A stretch of 63,433 nucleotides of DNA, filler included, from Octopus bimaculoides (taxonomy: Eukaryota): NCBI RefSeq assembly GCF_001194135.2. It is 7 parts of 7 records of this genome, joined end to end, with 100 filler letters (N's around TTAATTAATTAA, not from the genome) between each part and the next. Parts side by side here need not be neighbours in the genome. Positions count along the whole stretch, not along the records: positions 8,086 to 33,560 come from NC_068983.1; 6 more parts are not named here. One strand, given 5' to 3'. The position numbers were made by a program, and so were the translations under genes. The notes under the pieces were generated by a model, which saw only the letters and a list, made by a program, of their open reading frames with translations, ran no database searches and had not been told where the DNA came from. Positions 11,982 through 22,865 of the stretch are shown here, piece by piece (within the stretch, counting starts at the first letter, position 1; each line of letters begins with the position of its first letter).

Positions 11982-13258
11982 TATGGTAACATTAACCTTT
12001 CCCTTTCATTACCATATTTCTGATTACCTTTGTTTCAATTAATTTTGAATATGAAGAATTTAGAAAAATAACTTTAATTATTAAGCAGGTGTCTGGAACA
12101 TAAATTAACCTGAAATTCTGAAGGAAGGTTTTTAATTTAGATCACATAAAAATCAGAAAATATGATCAAATATTTTAAAGCAATGAGCATCCTGTCTTTG
12201 TTCCTGAGATACAGTGAACAGCAGCCACATTATTCAAAATGTCTCACTAATTTTAAAAAGGCACTGAGAAATTTGGTTGCTATTTCTTGGAGATTAAGTT
12301 ACCATGTAGCAGCTTTCCTATTGGTTTGTTTATGTACTTGCTAGGTTAGGTGAAAACACTTTCTGGATAACGTTGTCTTGCTATCCAAATGAGGGTGGAG
12401 AGATTTTTTTCAGATTTCTGAAAGGACTGCTGTTAACTTCATTGAATAAACAACTTTGGGGAAAAAAAATAAGTAAAACGAAATTTTTTTTTTAAATTCT
12501 TCAGCTTCACTTCTAAAGTGTCAAAAATTTTAAGAACAGGACAAAAGATAGCAAATATACAGAATGTATCTGAGTGCGGAGGAATTGGTATGTGAGGAAT
12601 TGAGTGAGAAGTGAAATAACAGGTATTTTAGAAGATCAAAGTATACAGCTGCTGCTAATTTGAGCAAAACAAGGTAGACTTATCTAAGACAGCTTGGTAA
12701 ACACTAAGATGTAAATAACAAACAAAATATTTTTTAGAATGTTTTTACAGTATTGCCCTGTCTAAAAATATATACCCACAATTGATTTTTCAGAATAGAT
12801 ATATAAAAAAATCTATCACCCCTGGACATGATTGTACATTCAAACAACTCCCTTCAATGAATGTGTGTTTGTATGTATATGTGTGTGAATATATATACAC
12901 TAGTCTATGACTCTATCTTTTAAATATTTCTTCAGACCTGTTATTACCTATCTACTGAGCCTTCACAAAAGTAAAAGAGAGAGAGGGACAGAAAAAGGAA
13001 AATGTCCCTTGTATTTGAAAACTATGGAAATGTTTATAAAAAAACATTTCATTTCATTTTTCCACAATTTAATTGTTTTTCATGCTTTACTCCAAGTTGA
13101 AAAAGTCACAAAGACTGAAACTGGTACTAAAATGTTCTTCATGATAAAACTGTTTTAGCATTTTCTTCATTGTCCTATTTTCATTATACATGTCAACTTG
13201 TGTGTCACTTTTCAACGTTCTACATATATATATATATGTTTAATCATCCTCTCACAGC

Positions 13259-13306
13259 ATCTCCGATGAAGGGATATAATAAATATCCTGGAAATAGCTG
13301 TAAGAC
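13259..13306 (+). ncRNA. Degenerate minimal type-I hammerhead ribozyme motif
   Basis: UCU-CCGAUGA-A-GGGAUAU/AUAUCCU-G-GAAA-UAGCU-GUA-AGA. The core has U4C. Same family as 50572-50619. Confidence 0.5.
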
Positions 13307-13554
13307 CTATTTATAAAGGTTCTATATTATACACAGCCTTGATTTTTTATCTTATTACAAAATCCTTATATATATAAATATATATATATAAAGTTGTAGT
13401 ATATTGTCAACTAAATGTGACAATCCCAATAAGGGAATACACTACTGCTGTTTAGCCCTAGGAAGCTGGACAGCTTCCTGTTGGCCTTGACACAATTACT
13501 GTGTCCTTAGGTTTGTGAAGGGGAGACAAGCTCCCCCACCCAGCCTAGCCAGCA

Positions 13555-13597
13555 TTCAGGGACATGTTTCTGAGTCTTTGCTTGTCATCAGCCTGAA
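13555..13597 (-). ncRNA. Type-I hammerhead ribozyme motif
   Basis: UUCAGG-CUGAUGA-(14 nt)-GAAAC-AU-GUC-CCUGAA. Intact core, 6-bp stem I, palindromic stem III, weak stem II. Confidence 0.65.
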
Positions 13598-13904
13598 GTA
13601 GCTTCCCGGCTAGTTAGAGAGGCCTGTTTCTCCTTCACAAACTTATGTAAATCATAGTGAAGTTCATTCACTGATCAGCAAAATTAGAAATATAATATTT
13701 CTAAATCTCTCAGAGAGATTTAAGCAGTAGTGGAGCGACAAAGTTGTAGTATATTGTCAACTTAATGTGACAATCCCAATAAGGGAATACACTACTGCTG
13801 TTTAGCCCTAGGAAGCTGGACCGCTTCCTGTCGGCCTTGACACAATTACTGTGTCCATAAGTTTGTGAAGGGGAGACAAGCTCCCCCACCCAGCCTAGCC
13901 AGCA

Positions 13905-13947
13905 TTCAGGGACATGTTTCTGAGTCTTTGCTTGTCATCAGCCTGAA
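13905..13947 (-). ncRNA. Type-I hammerhead ribozyme motif (identical second copy)
   Basis: Identical 43-mer to 13555-13597. It lies in the loop of the 156-bp inverted repeat. Confidence 0.65.
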
Positions 13948-14248
13948 GTAGCTTGTCTTCCCTTCACAAACTTAAGGACACAGTAATTGTGTCAAGGCTG
14001 ACAGGAAGCAGTCCAGCTTCCTAGGGCTAAATAGCAGTAGTGTATTCCCTTATTGGGATTGTCACATTAAGTTGACAATATACTACAACTTTGTCGCTCC
14101 ACTACNNNNNNNNNNNNNNNNNNNNNNNNNNNNNNNNNNNNNNNNNNNNNNNNNNNNNNNNNNNNNNNNNNNNNNNNNNNNNNNNNNNNNNNATATATAT
14201 ATATATATAATCTCTTCATATATATCAATATATATATTTAATCTCTAT

Positions 14249-14485
14249 AATCTCTACAGTTTTCAGAGCCAGCTCTGAAAGTTATGATGTTTTGTATATG
14301 AATACGTCTATGTAAACAATACAAAGATAGAGAAAACAGGTAATGGGTGTTGATGCATATTTCAAGAATCGTTGCTCTTTTTCCTATCTTCAATCACATT
14401 GTTTACATAGATGTATTCATATACAAAATGTCCTAACTTACAGCGCTGGCTCTGAATTCTATTGAAAATCTGTAGAGATAAGATT
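14249..14485. repeat. Foldback (long imperfect inverted repeat) element
   Basis: The arm tctctacag..cagagccagc..ttttgtatatgaatac..ctatgtaaacaat is mirrored at 14377-14485. Confidence 0.75.
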
Positions 14486-14627
14486 AAACACAAAAGTAAG
14501 CTAGAATATTGACTTGTAAAATTTCAATATACTGGGTTGTATGTTATAGTTGCAAAACAAAATACTGTGTCCTTGGGCGATTTTTTTCCTCTGTCTTCCT
14601 TTCCTCTTGGACTTTCCTCCATGTCCT

Positions 14628-14662
14628 GTTTCTGACGAAGAGCTTTGCTCAAAATGTAAAGC
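14628..14662 (+). ncRNA. Degenerate minimal type-I hammerhead motif
   Basis: GUUU-CUGACGA-A-GAGC/UUU/GCUC-AAAAU-GUA-AAGC. GAAAC appears decayed by CpG transitions. Related to 43777-43812. Confidence 0.55.
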
Positions 14663-14759
14663 CACCATTCTTTCCTTCCCTGAGTGTCTGCTAATACTTT
14701 GCATGTACCATGTCCTCATGTTGTTGTTTCTTGTGTTGTTCTTCATTTTTTTGTGGATT

Positions 14760-14795
<36 letters not shown>

Positions 14796-15094
14796 CTCAC
14801 ATGCACACACACACAGATTTACTAGTACAAACAGCATAAGTAGACATGAAAACATGAGTATTTATATTTTTGATTTTTAATCACCAAAAGTTGCATAATA
14901 ACTCAAGGGCCAAGAGTGTGTATGTCTATGTGTATATGTGGGTGAGTGTGTGTATACGTATACACACACACACACACACAAATATGCATTTACATATGTA
15001 AACATATATATGCCTTCACATATACGCACAAACACACACAAACACACACAAACACATATAAACAGTCCGATGAGGTGGTAGATTATCCGAAACA

Positions 15095-15235
15095 TTAGAA
15101 TGTTGGAGAAAGTGCTCTGCAGCATTTATTCCAGCACTGTATGTTCTGAGTTCAAATCTTATTGAGCTCAGCTTTTCCTTTCATCTATCTGGGGTTGACA
15201 TAAGTAAACACTTGTCCCGGATGTTAAATCAATAG
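15095..15235 (+). mobile_element. Diverged tRNA-derived SINE (family B)
   Basis: ttctgagttcaaatc..ttttcctttcatctatctggggttgacataagta resembles the 45631 copy. Confidence 0.5.
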
Positions 15236-16004
15236 AATTGTTAAGGCATTGGACAACATGCATTCTGGTGTTTGTTCTGAACGTTTACAGTTTGAGTTCA
15301 CTTGTTACAACAGTGACACCAAATTGTACAAGTCCTTCCATTTTTCTTAAGCAACATCAGTGGCATAATGAAGAATGGAAAATTGCTGCAAGTGTCACAA
15401 CTGATCTTCCATATTATACAGTCATGTACATGGACCATAGATTTATCAGCTCTCCCATTCTTTGTTGGTCCAATAAGACAATGGGTTCAATTGAGACAAA
15501 TCATGTATGGATGTATCTAATAAATGTATGCAGTAGATTCTAAATGAATTAAAATTTTCTACATACATAGAGAAAGAAAACAAAAGCTGTTGTAACATTC
15601 ATTAATGACTTGGAAGGAAAACATAATTTTCATAAATCGAGAATTAATTTACAAAATTTTATTCTGATTCTTGTGAGAAGATCTGATATTTATTAGCTGG
15701 CATGGTGATAACAATGGACAAGTTCCAGTCTTATTGGACCTCATCAATGAGCTTCATACAAGGCAAACTTACTTGATCAATAAAAATGTCTTTATATGTA
15801 TATATACATACATAATCATAAAAGTTAAAAATAATTTCTGCTGAATTGTAATTGGCCTTTTTTCTGGAGTCTCTATTGTTCATGGTGGTTCATGTATCAA
15901 TCCTTGTGCACACAGACCAAACTAAGGTTATTATCTTCTATCGAAGTTGATCAGTTGCCCATAAATATGTTCCTCTTCTCATCATTCCAACAGTATTGTT
16001 GAAA

Positions 16005-16232
16005 GGCAAGGCTTTTTCATAAAGGAAAATAATAAGGAACGCCTGTGTTTGTGCCACATAAAAGCACCCAGGACCCTTTGTAAAGTGGGTGACATTAAGA
16101 AGTGCATCCAGCCGAATAAACCTTGCCAAAACTGATAACTGGACCTGGTGTGGCCCATGAACCTACCAGCTCCTGTCAAACCATCCAACCCATGCCGGCA
16201 TGGAAAACAGTCATTAAATGATGATGATGATA
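16005..16232 (+). mobile_element. Diverged RTE tail
   Basis: tgccacataaaagcacc...caacccatgccggcatggaaa..ttaaatgatgatg. Confidence 0.55.
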
Positions 16233-16479
16233 GACTATAATTTGAATATTTCTCAAAACCTCTATTAGGTAGGATTGTACAAGAATCTGCACCAATATTG
16301 CATTGGCCAGGATGGCATTTTTGTGTATGCAGAAGCCTGATACTTTGTCTTTAGAGGCATCTACATCCATTTGACCAATCCTAGAGAAACAAACCACCAA
16401 TCTGTTTATATTTAAACAATCTCAGTAGCTGCAATAGCTACTAATTTGCATACCATAAGTGTTAACACTTGGTTTAATA

Positions 16480-16579
<100 letters not shown>

Positions 16580-16954
16580 TGATTTGCATGATAAAAGCAA
16601 AATAGAGCTAAGAGAGATAACATAAATACATCATTGGTGTTGATTTAGATAAAATATATATGGATGGATGTAGTGAATTTCATATGCAAATATATTCTTC
16701 ATGAATTGAAATTTTCTTTGTAGTCAAAGAAACAAGACAAAAATCAAACAGCAATTTCCACTAGCTCAGAAAGTAAAAACCATAAAAAAAATTCGAAGTT
16801 TGACCTGTGCAAGCATGGGAAAAGTGACCATTAAAAAGTGACGCTAATAATCATGTATCAATGTGTGTGTATCAGTTTGTGTGTAAGACATAGTGAGGTG
16901 GGGTTCGTGACAGGGAGAGTAGCCAGATGTACAAAATCTCTCACAGTGAATTTA

Positions 16955-17090
16955 GTCAGCCTGCTTGTCAGATTAAGGTGCAAGTGATTGAGCACTCCAC
17001 AGACACACATACTCTTAATGTAGTTCTCAGAGAGATTCAGTATGACACAGCGTGTAACAAGACTGGCCCCTTTGAATTGCAAGCATAGGA
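16955..17090 (-). mobile_element. SINE family C body
   Basis: gagcactccacagacac..cttaatgtagttctcag.gagattcag is shared with 17455 and 55700. Confidence 0.6.
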
Positions 17091-17372
17091 CAATGTGGGT
17101 GCTGCCTGTCTGGCTCCCATGCCGGTGGCATGTAAAAAGCACCATCCAAGTGTGGTTGATGCTAGTACCACCTGCCTGGCGCTCGTGCCAGTGGCACGTA
17201 AAAAGCACCCACTACACTCGCAGAGTAGTTGGCATTAGGAAGGTCATCCAGCTGTAGAAACCATCAGACTGGAGCTTGGTACAGCCTTCCGGCTTGCCAG
17301 TCCTCAGTCAAACTGTTCAACCCATGTCAGCATGGAAAGTGGATGTTAAACAACAATGACAATGATGATGGT
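17090..17372 (+). mobile_element. RTE tail
   Basis: Internal ggtggca(t/c)gtaaaaagcacc repeats and a GAT-like tail. Confidence 0.7.
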
Positions 17373-17454
17373 TTGCTATATGTATTTGTGTGAGAAAAGC
17401 AGGAAAGCAAAGAGACAGTAGAAGTGGCACTCTGTTGTTGATGATGACATGGGT

Positions 17455-17630
17455 GCCAGCCTGCTTGTCAGCTTAAGTTACAAGTGGCTGAGCACTCCAC
17501 AGACACACATATCCTTAATGTAGTTTTCAGGGAGATTCAGCATGACACAGAGTGCAACTCACTTTTTCCAGCTGGGTGGACTAGAGCAACATGAAATAAA
17601 GTGTCTTGCTCAAGGACACAATGTGCCACC
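17455..17630 (-). mobile_element. SINE family C fragment
   Basis: Same core as 16955, plus aaagtgtcttgctcaaggacaca. Confidence 0.6.
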
Positions 17631-17938
17631 AGGAGTCACTAAGTCAATTACCACTAACTTATGTGCCTTCACTCAAGCAAAAAAACATAGTAAAGTAGAG
17701 TGGGTGACAGGAAGAGCATCCAGTTATAGAGAATCTACTGCAACAAATTTAGTTTGACCTATGAAATTTGGAAAACATGGGTATTAAAATGATGATGATG
17801 GTGATGGTGGTGGTGATGATATTGATGATGATGATGATGGTGATGATATAATACTATATGTATGTGTAAGACAGTAATATAGGAAAGCTGAGACAGAGAT
17901 GTATTTCAAGAATTCAAAATGACTTTATTCAATATGCC

Positions 17939-17939
17939 A

Positions 17940-18007
<68 letters not shown>
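17939..18007. repeat. (AAT)n microsatellite
   Basis: Direct reading. Confidence 0.95.
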
Positions 18008-18008
<1 letters not shown>

Positions 18009-18710
18009 GAAATGCTGTCTTTAGATAATTAATTAGAGTTTTATGTTTACTCATAATTTCTAACATATTTCACCTGAAAACACTTCTGACATTTTTATTA
18101 TTATTATTATTTTGTGTTGATTATTTTTTTTCTTCAGTCAATTAATTACAAAATTAAATAAATTTATTTATGAGATTTCTTGCAAATCTGAATGGCATTG
18201 AAGTTGAAATATATTTTTTGTTTTCATTTTTGCTCTTCCTGTCTTTTTTTGAAATTTAATCTTTTTTCTTCAGATTTCAATTTAATTGCTGCTTGTTTTG
18301 TTTTATGCATTACTTTTTTGTTGTTGTTTTTTTTTAAGATTCATTTTAATTGGTGCTTTGTTTGTATTATACACAAGTTTTATATAATTTTGGTGTTTTT
18401 CTTGTGTATCTCTTATTTTTTATTTCAATACAATAAACACAACCTTTACTCTTATCTTATATTGAATCCATACGTCATTGCCATCAAATATATAAAAAAA
18501 AATTTTTTTTTTTTTAAAACAAGAAAAAACCCACCTTAAATGTAAATTAGTTTTATTTCTCAGGATTGCACACTGACAAATGTGCTTTAGTTGTTTGACT
18601 ATTGATTACAAAATCATTGATTTTAAACTGGATGTAAGCTAATATATGATTATTCATTCCTTTAGCTTACATGAGACAAGTTCTTCTTTCCGCTTCTTTG
18701 TCCACTCATC

Positions 18711-18940
18711 TTAACCCTTTCGTTACCAATCCGGCTGAAACCGCCTCTGGCCCTATAGTACAAATGACTTGTTTTCATAAGTTCTGAATTAAAATCTTCC
18801 ACCAAACCTTAGTCACAATTTATGTTCCTAACACCAGCTTAATGATAACAAAGTTAGTTTACTAAGTGCTTTGTTATATTTAAAGTTGATTAAAAGAAAC
18901 ACAGAACATCTCAAAATAAATACAGTAACAAAAAGATTAA
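18711..18940. mobile_element. TTAA-flanked MITE (piggyBac-like termini)
   Basis: TTAA-CCCTTTCGTTAC...GTAACAAAAAGA-TTAA, 230 bp. Confidence 0.65.
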
Positions 18941-19234
18941 AAGTGAATTAATTTGTTTTCTGTGTGTCTGTGGAATACACAGCCATTTTACATGTTGTTA
19001 ATTTAAAGAGTAAAGAAGTCATTCAGTTGATTACATAATTGAACACTCATTGAAAATAACAGCAGATTCATGTATGTAATGTATGCAATACATGAATGTA
19101 ACATATATATGTAATGTATACATGGTATGTATGTAATGTATCAATGATATGTATGTATGGTATGTATCTAATATATGAATGGTATGTATTTATTGTATGT
19201 ATGTTATGTATGATTTATATGTAATATATGTTTG

Positions 19235-19559
19235 TTAGCACCATTTGAGCGCGATCGTTTCCAGCTTCGCTTTACTGGCACTCATGCCAGTGGCATGTGA
19301 ACAAAACATTGGTTGACTCCTGTTTAGGTGGCACATAAAAAACACCATTTGAGCATGGACATTGCTAGTACTGCCAGACTGGCCCTCATGCCGGTGGCAC
19401 GGAAAAAACAGCCACTACACTTTTGGAGTGGTTGGCGTTAGGAAGGGCATCCAGCTGTAGAAAGTCTGCCAGATCAGATTGGAGTCTGGTGTAGCCATCC
19501 GCTTCGCCAGACCCCAGTCAAATCGTCCAACCCATGCTAGCATGGAAAGCATATGTTAA

Positions 19560-19615
<56 letters not shown>
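19235..19615 (+). mobile_element. RTE tail with long (GAT)n
   Basis: Matches the tail family. Confidence 0.75.
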
Positions 19616-20047
19616 AATGTATGTATGAAATGCAATGTATGTATGTCAGATCACTTGTGACATCAATTGGGTGCTGCTGGTAATATGGAATCCAGTCCAA
19701 CCTGTTGCATGGTCAGCTCAGTGGTAACTAAGCCCTGGCTTGTCTCTGGATCATGTCAACAGGGTAGAAAAGGTCACAAAGTGTTGTGAGGGAAAGCATT
19801 CAGCTACAAGAACAATCAAAATAAACTTACTGTTGAAGCAGAAATACTGACAGGCAATAGCAGGCTTAAACAATGTATTATAGGAACAGTTGCTTGTATA
19901 ATTTGCTTGATGNNNNNNNNNNNNNNNNNNNNNNNNNNNNNNNNNNNNNNNNNNNNNNNNNNNNNNNNNNNNNNNNNNNNNNNNNNNNNNNNNNNNNNNN
20001 NNNNNNNNNNNNNNNNNNNNNNNNNNNNNNNNNNNNNNNNNNNNNNN

Positions 20048-20173
20048 CCTCATCTTGTTTGTTATTAACACAACGTTTTAACTGATATACCCGCTAGCCC
20101 ACAGGCATATGGCATAGTTGTTAAGAGCGCGGGCTACTAACCCCAAGATTCTGAGTTCGATTTCAGGCAGTGA

Positions 20174-20208
<35 letters not shown>

Positions 20209-20381
20209 TCGAAAAATACTTTAGGAATGAGAACCTAGGTTCGAAATTTCCCCAAGACACCTGATGAAGGCTGGAGGGTATATCAGCCGAAATGTTGTGT
20301 TAACAACAAACAAGATGAGGACAAATATCCGTTAAATGTAAATAATGTACATAATTCCTCATCCTTTAAATATACAACTGT
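20048..20381 (+). mobile_element. tRNA-headed SINE-like element with a hammerhead, preceded by an inverted partial copy of its own 3' part
   Basis: A-box-like TGGCATAGTTG (20110), B-box-like GAGTTCGATT (20153), (AAT)n, and a hammerhead at 20256-20301. 20048-20098 is the reverse complement of about 20272-20321. Confidence 0.7.
20256..20301 (+). ncRNA. Minimal type-I hammerhead ribozyme motif
   Basis: GACAC-CUGAUGA-A-GGCUG/CAGCC-GAAA-UG-UU-GUGUU. Confidence 0.65.
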
Positions 20382-20438
20382 TTATGAATTTGTGTTCCAA
20401 GACTCCTGATGTGAAATTGTGTTGAAACAGATATTGCT

Positions 20439-20555
20439 GTATTTTGGGATGGTCATTTTTTTTTTTTTTTTGCCAAATACACGCATGCACTATCTATATG
20501 CTTTTAGTGCATATGTTTATTTGGCAAAAAAAAAAAAATTACCATCCCGAAATAC
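20439..20555. repeat. Foldback inverted repeat
   Basis: gtattttgggatggtcaTn-gccaaata is mirrored by tatttggc-An-ttaccatcccgaaatac. Confidence 0.8.
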
Positions 20556-20864
20556 AATGAAATATTAATAACCATTGATTTTGGGTACTCCATGTGACAG
20601 ATTCATGGCATTCTCTGTGGAAGACAAATGGTGAATTATGATAGGGTATAGTATTTATATTGGGATGAAGAATTAGATGGATGGAGATATGAAGAGGAGA
20701 GGTTGTAGTGACGAATATAGAGGAAAGTGAAATGGGAAGAAGAAAAGTGAGAAGAGAAGTGGATATATTAGTGAGGCAATACTCAAGAGTTAATATGGTT
20801 CCTTTGACCTGGTTCACCTCCCCATGTCTCTCCTGACTGTAACTGTTCTTTATGATTCTTGTGC

Positions 20865-21140
20865 TGATAATGGTTTCAAATATCGGCACAAGGCCAGCAA
20901 GTTCAGGGGAAGGGGCTAGTCAATTCTTTTCTACCCTAGGCACAAGGCCCGATATTTTTGGGGAGGGGACCAGTCGCTTAGATCGACCCCAGTATGCAAC
21001 TGGCACTTAATTAATCAACCCCGAAAGGATGAAAGGCAAAGATGACCTTGGTGGAATTTGAACTCAGAACATAAAGACAGATGAAGTATTGCTAAGCATT
21101 TCGCCCAGCGTGCTAACGTTTTTGCCAGCTTGCTGCCTTT
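20865..21140 (-). mobile_element. SINE family B: one full copy plus a second 3' tail
   Basis: tcgaccccag..gaaaggatgaaaggcaaag..gaatttgaactcagaac..gctaagcattt. Two different tails are in tandem. Confidence 0.7.
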
Positions 21141-21264
21141 TTGAATATAAAATATTTCAAAGAAAAAGATTTTATCATAGAACCAGGGATAATTTTGGAC
21201 AGGTTGATGTAAAAAATGTTAACCCAGCTACATCGAACCTGAATATTTTACCAATGCCACAAGC

Positions 21265-21690
21265 CAAGTAAGATCGTAGTCATGGCCGATGCCAGTGTCA
21301 CGTAACTGGTCTGTTAAAAGCACCCTTCAATCGTTGGGTGATATGTTGTGCTTGTGAAGACCTGTTGAACTGAGTGAAATTGTAGTCGTGGCCGATGCCA
21401 GTGCCATCTGACTGGTATCTGTGCCAGTAGCATGTAAAAAGCACCGTTTGAGCATTGGGCTTCATGGAGGCAGTGACAGGTGACCGAGACCTTTAGTGAT
21501 GTACTGTGCTTGTGTAGACATGTCAAGCCAACTGAGGCCATAGTCATGGTTGATGCTGGTGTCAGGTCATTGGCACCATGCCAGTGGCATGAAAGAACAC
21601 CCACTACACTCTCAGAATGGTTGGTGTTAGGAAGGGCATCCAGCTGTAAAAAACCTTGCCAAATCAGATCGGAACCCAGTGCAAAACGTG
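21265..21690 (+). mobile_element. RTE 3' region with tandem subrepeats
   Basis: Repeated gtcgtggccgatgccagtg and gaagacctgttg units, then the common tail. Confidence 0.65.
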
Positions 21691-21804
21691 TGCTGCCATC
21701 TATTGGTGAACAATCACCTACTGTATGTTTATATCGAATGTGGATGCAATAGATTCCAAACCAAGTCCAGAACATGTCTAGAAAGTCCCCCATAAATTCT
21801 GTAC

Positions 21805-22160
21805 AATTAAAATTTTTCAATCTCTTTAAAAAATAACACTAAAGTAACCAACTTTTTAGATGTCATTCTTGACTTAAACTATGGTTTATACTACCCCTAC
21901 CATAAAACAAATGAATACTCCAGTATATTAACATTAAATACAATCACCCTACATCTATTTTAAATAGCATCATCAACAATATTAATATTAGAATCTCCAA
22001 CCTCTCTGCAAATGAAGACATTTTCAATAATGATGACCTCTACAATAACCAGCCCATCCTCAGTAATGGTTTCTCCAAGAAAATAACGTACATTCACAAC
22101 ACTAGGTTGAAAATCAAACAAGAAATGTTAACCCCACACAGCATTTTATAAGACCCAAAT
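21805..22160 (+). mobile_element. Penelope-like element RT C-terminal fragment (frameshifted)
   Basis: NFLDVILDLNYGLYYPYHK..NHPTSILNSIINNINIRISNLSANEDIFNN. Confidence 0.7.
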
Positions 22161-22194
22161 ACAACTATACTACTAGCAATATCAAAATGCACTA

Positions 22195-22412
22195 TAAGGT
22201 GTCAGAATCGTTACCATGCTGGACAAAATTCTTAGTGACATTTCTTCCAACTCTACGTTCTAGGTTCAAATGCCACCAGGGTAGACTTTACCTTTCATCC
22301 TATCAAGGTTGACAAAATAATTAGCAGCTGAGCACTAGGGTCGATGGAATCAACTGACAACACCCACCCCCACCTCATTCTTGGCCTCATGCCAAAATTT
22401 GAAACCCATATT
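22195..22412 (+). mobile_element. SINE family B
   Basis: cagaatcgtta..ggttcaaatgccacc..cctttcatcc..ggcctcatgccaaaatttgaaacc. Confidence 0.65.
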
Positions 22413-22479
22413 AAAACTCACAACTGCTAATGATCATATCTCTACTAATTATATAAATTGGGTTGAGTAGAGAAGGCCT

Positions 22480-22481
<2 letters not shown>

Positions 22482-22532
<51 letters not shown>

Positions 22533-22770
22533 TTAACGTCTGCTTTCCATGTTAGCATGGGTTGGACGATTTGACTGAGGACTGGTGAAACCAGATAGCT
22601 ACACAAGTCTCCAATCTGATTTGGCAGAGTTTCTACAGCTGGATGCCCTTCCTAATGCCAACCACTCTGAGAGTGTAGTGGGTGCTTTTACGTGCCACCA
22701 GCATGGGAGCCAGTCAGGCAGCACTGGTATTGACCATACTCGAATGGTGCTTTTTACATGCCACCAGCAA
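22482..22770 (-). mobile_element. RTE tail with (CAT)n
   Basis: Matches the tail family. Confidence 0.75.
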
Positions 22771-22865
22771 GAGATGTCTTGCTTAAAGATACAATGCACT
22801 GCCATGATTCGAACTCACAACCTTATGATCAAGCACCAAATACCCTTACCACTAAGCTATGCTCT
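22770..22865 (-). mobile_element. tRNA-like SINE head (family C)
   Basis: Reverse strand reads gcatagcttagtggtaagg..gtgagttcgaatc. Confidence 0.5.

Larger units (their letters stand above)
13391..14105 (-). mobile_element. Retrozyme-like 350-nt tandem repeat with an inverted terminal arm
   Basis: 13391-13604 is repeated at 13741-13954 (period 350, few substitutions). Inverted arms of 156 bp lie at 13727-13882 and 13950-14105. Each copy carries a hammerhead. Confidence 0.7.

Noticed and set aside
22575-22594. CTGAGGA-CTGG-TGAAA-CCAG in RTE tails as a hammerhead
   Set aside because: GAAA lies in the hairpin loop rather than after stem II, and there is no stem I/III or NUH site.
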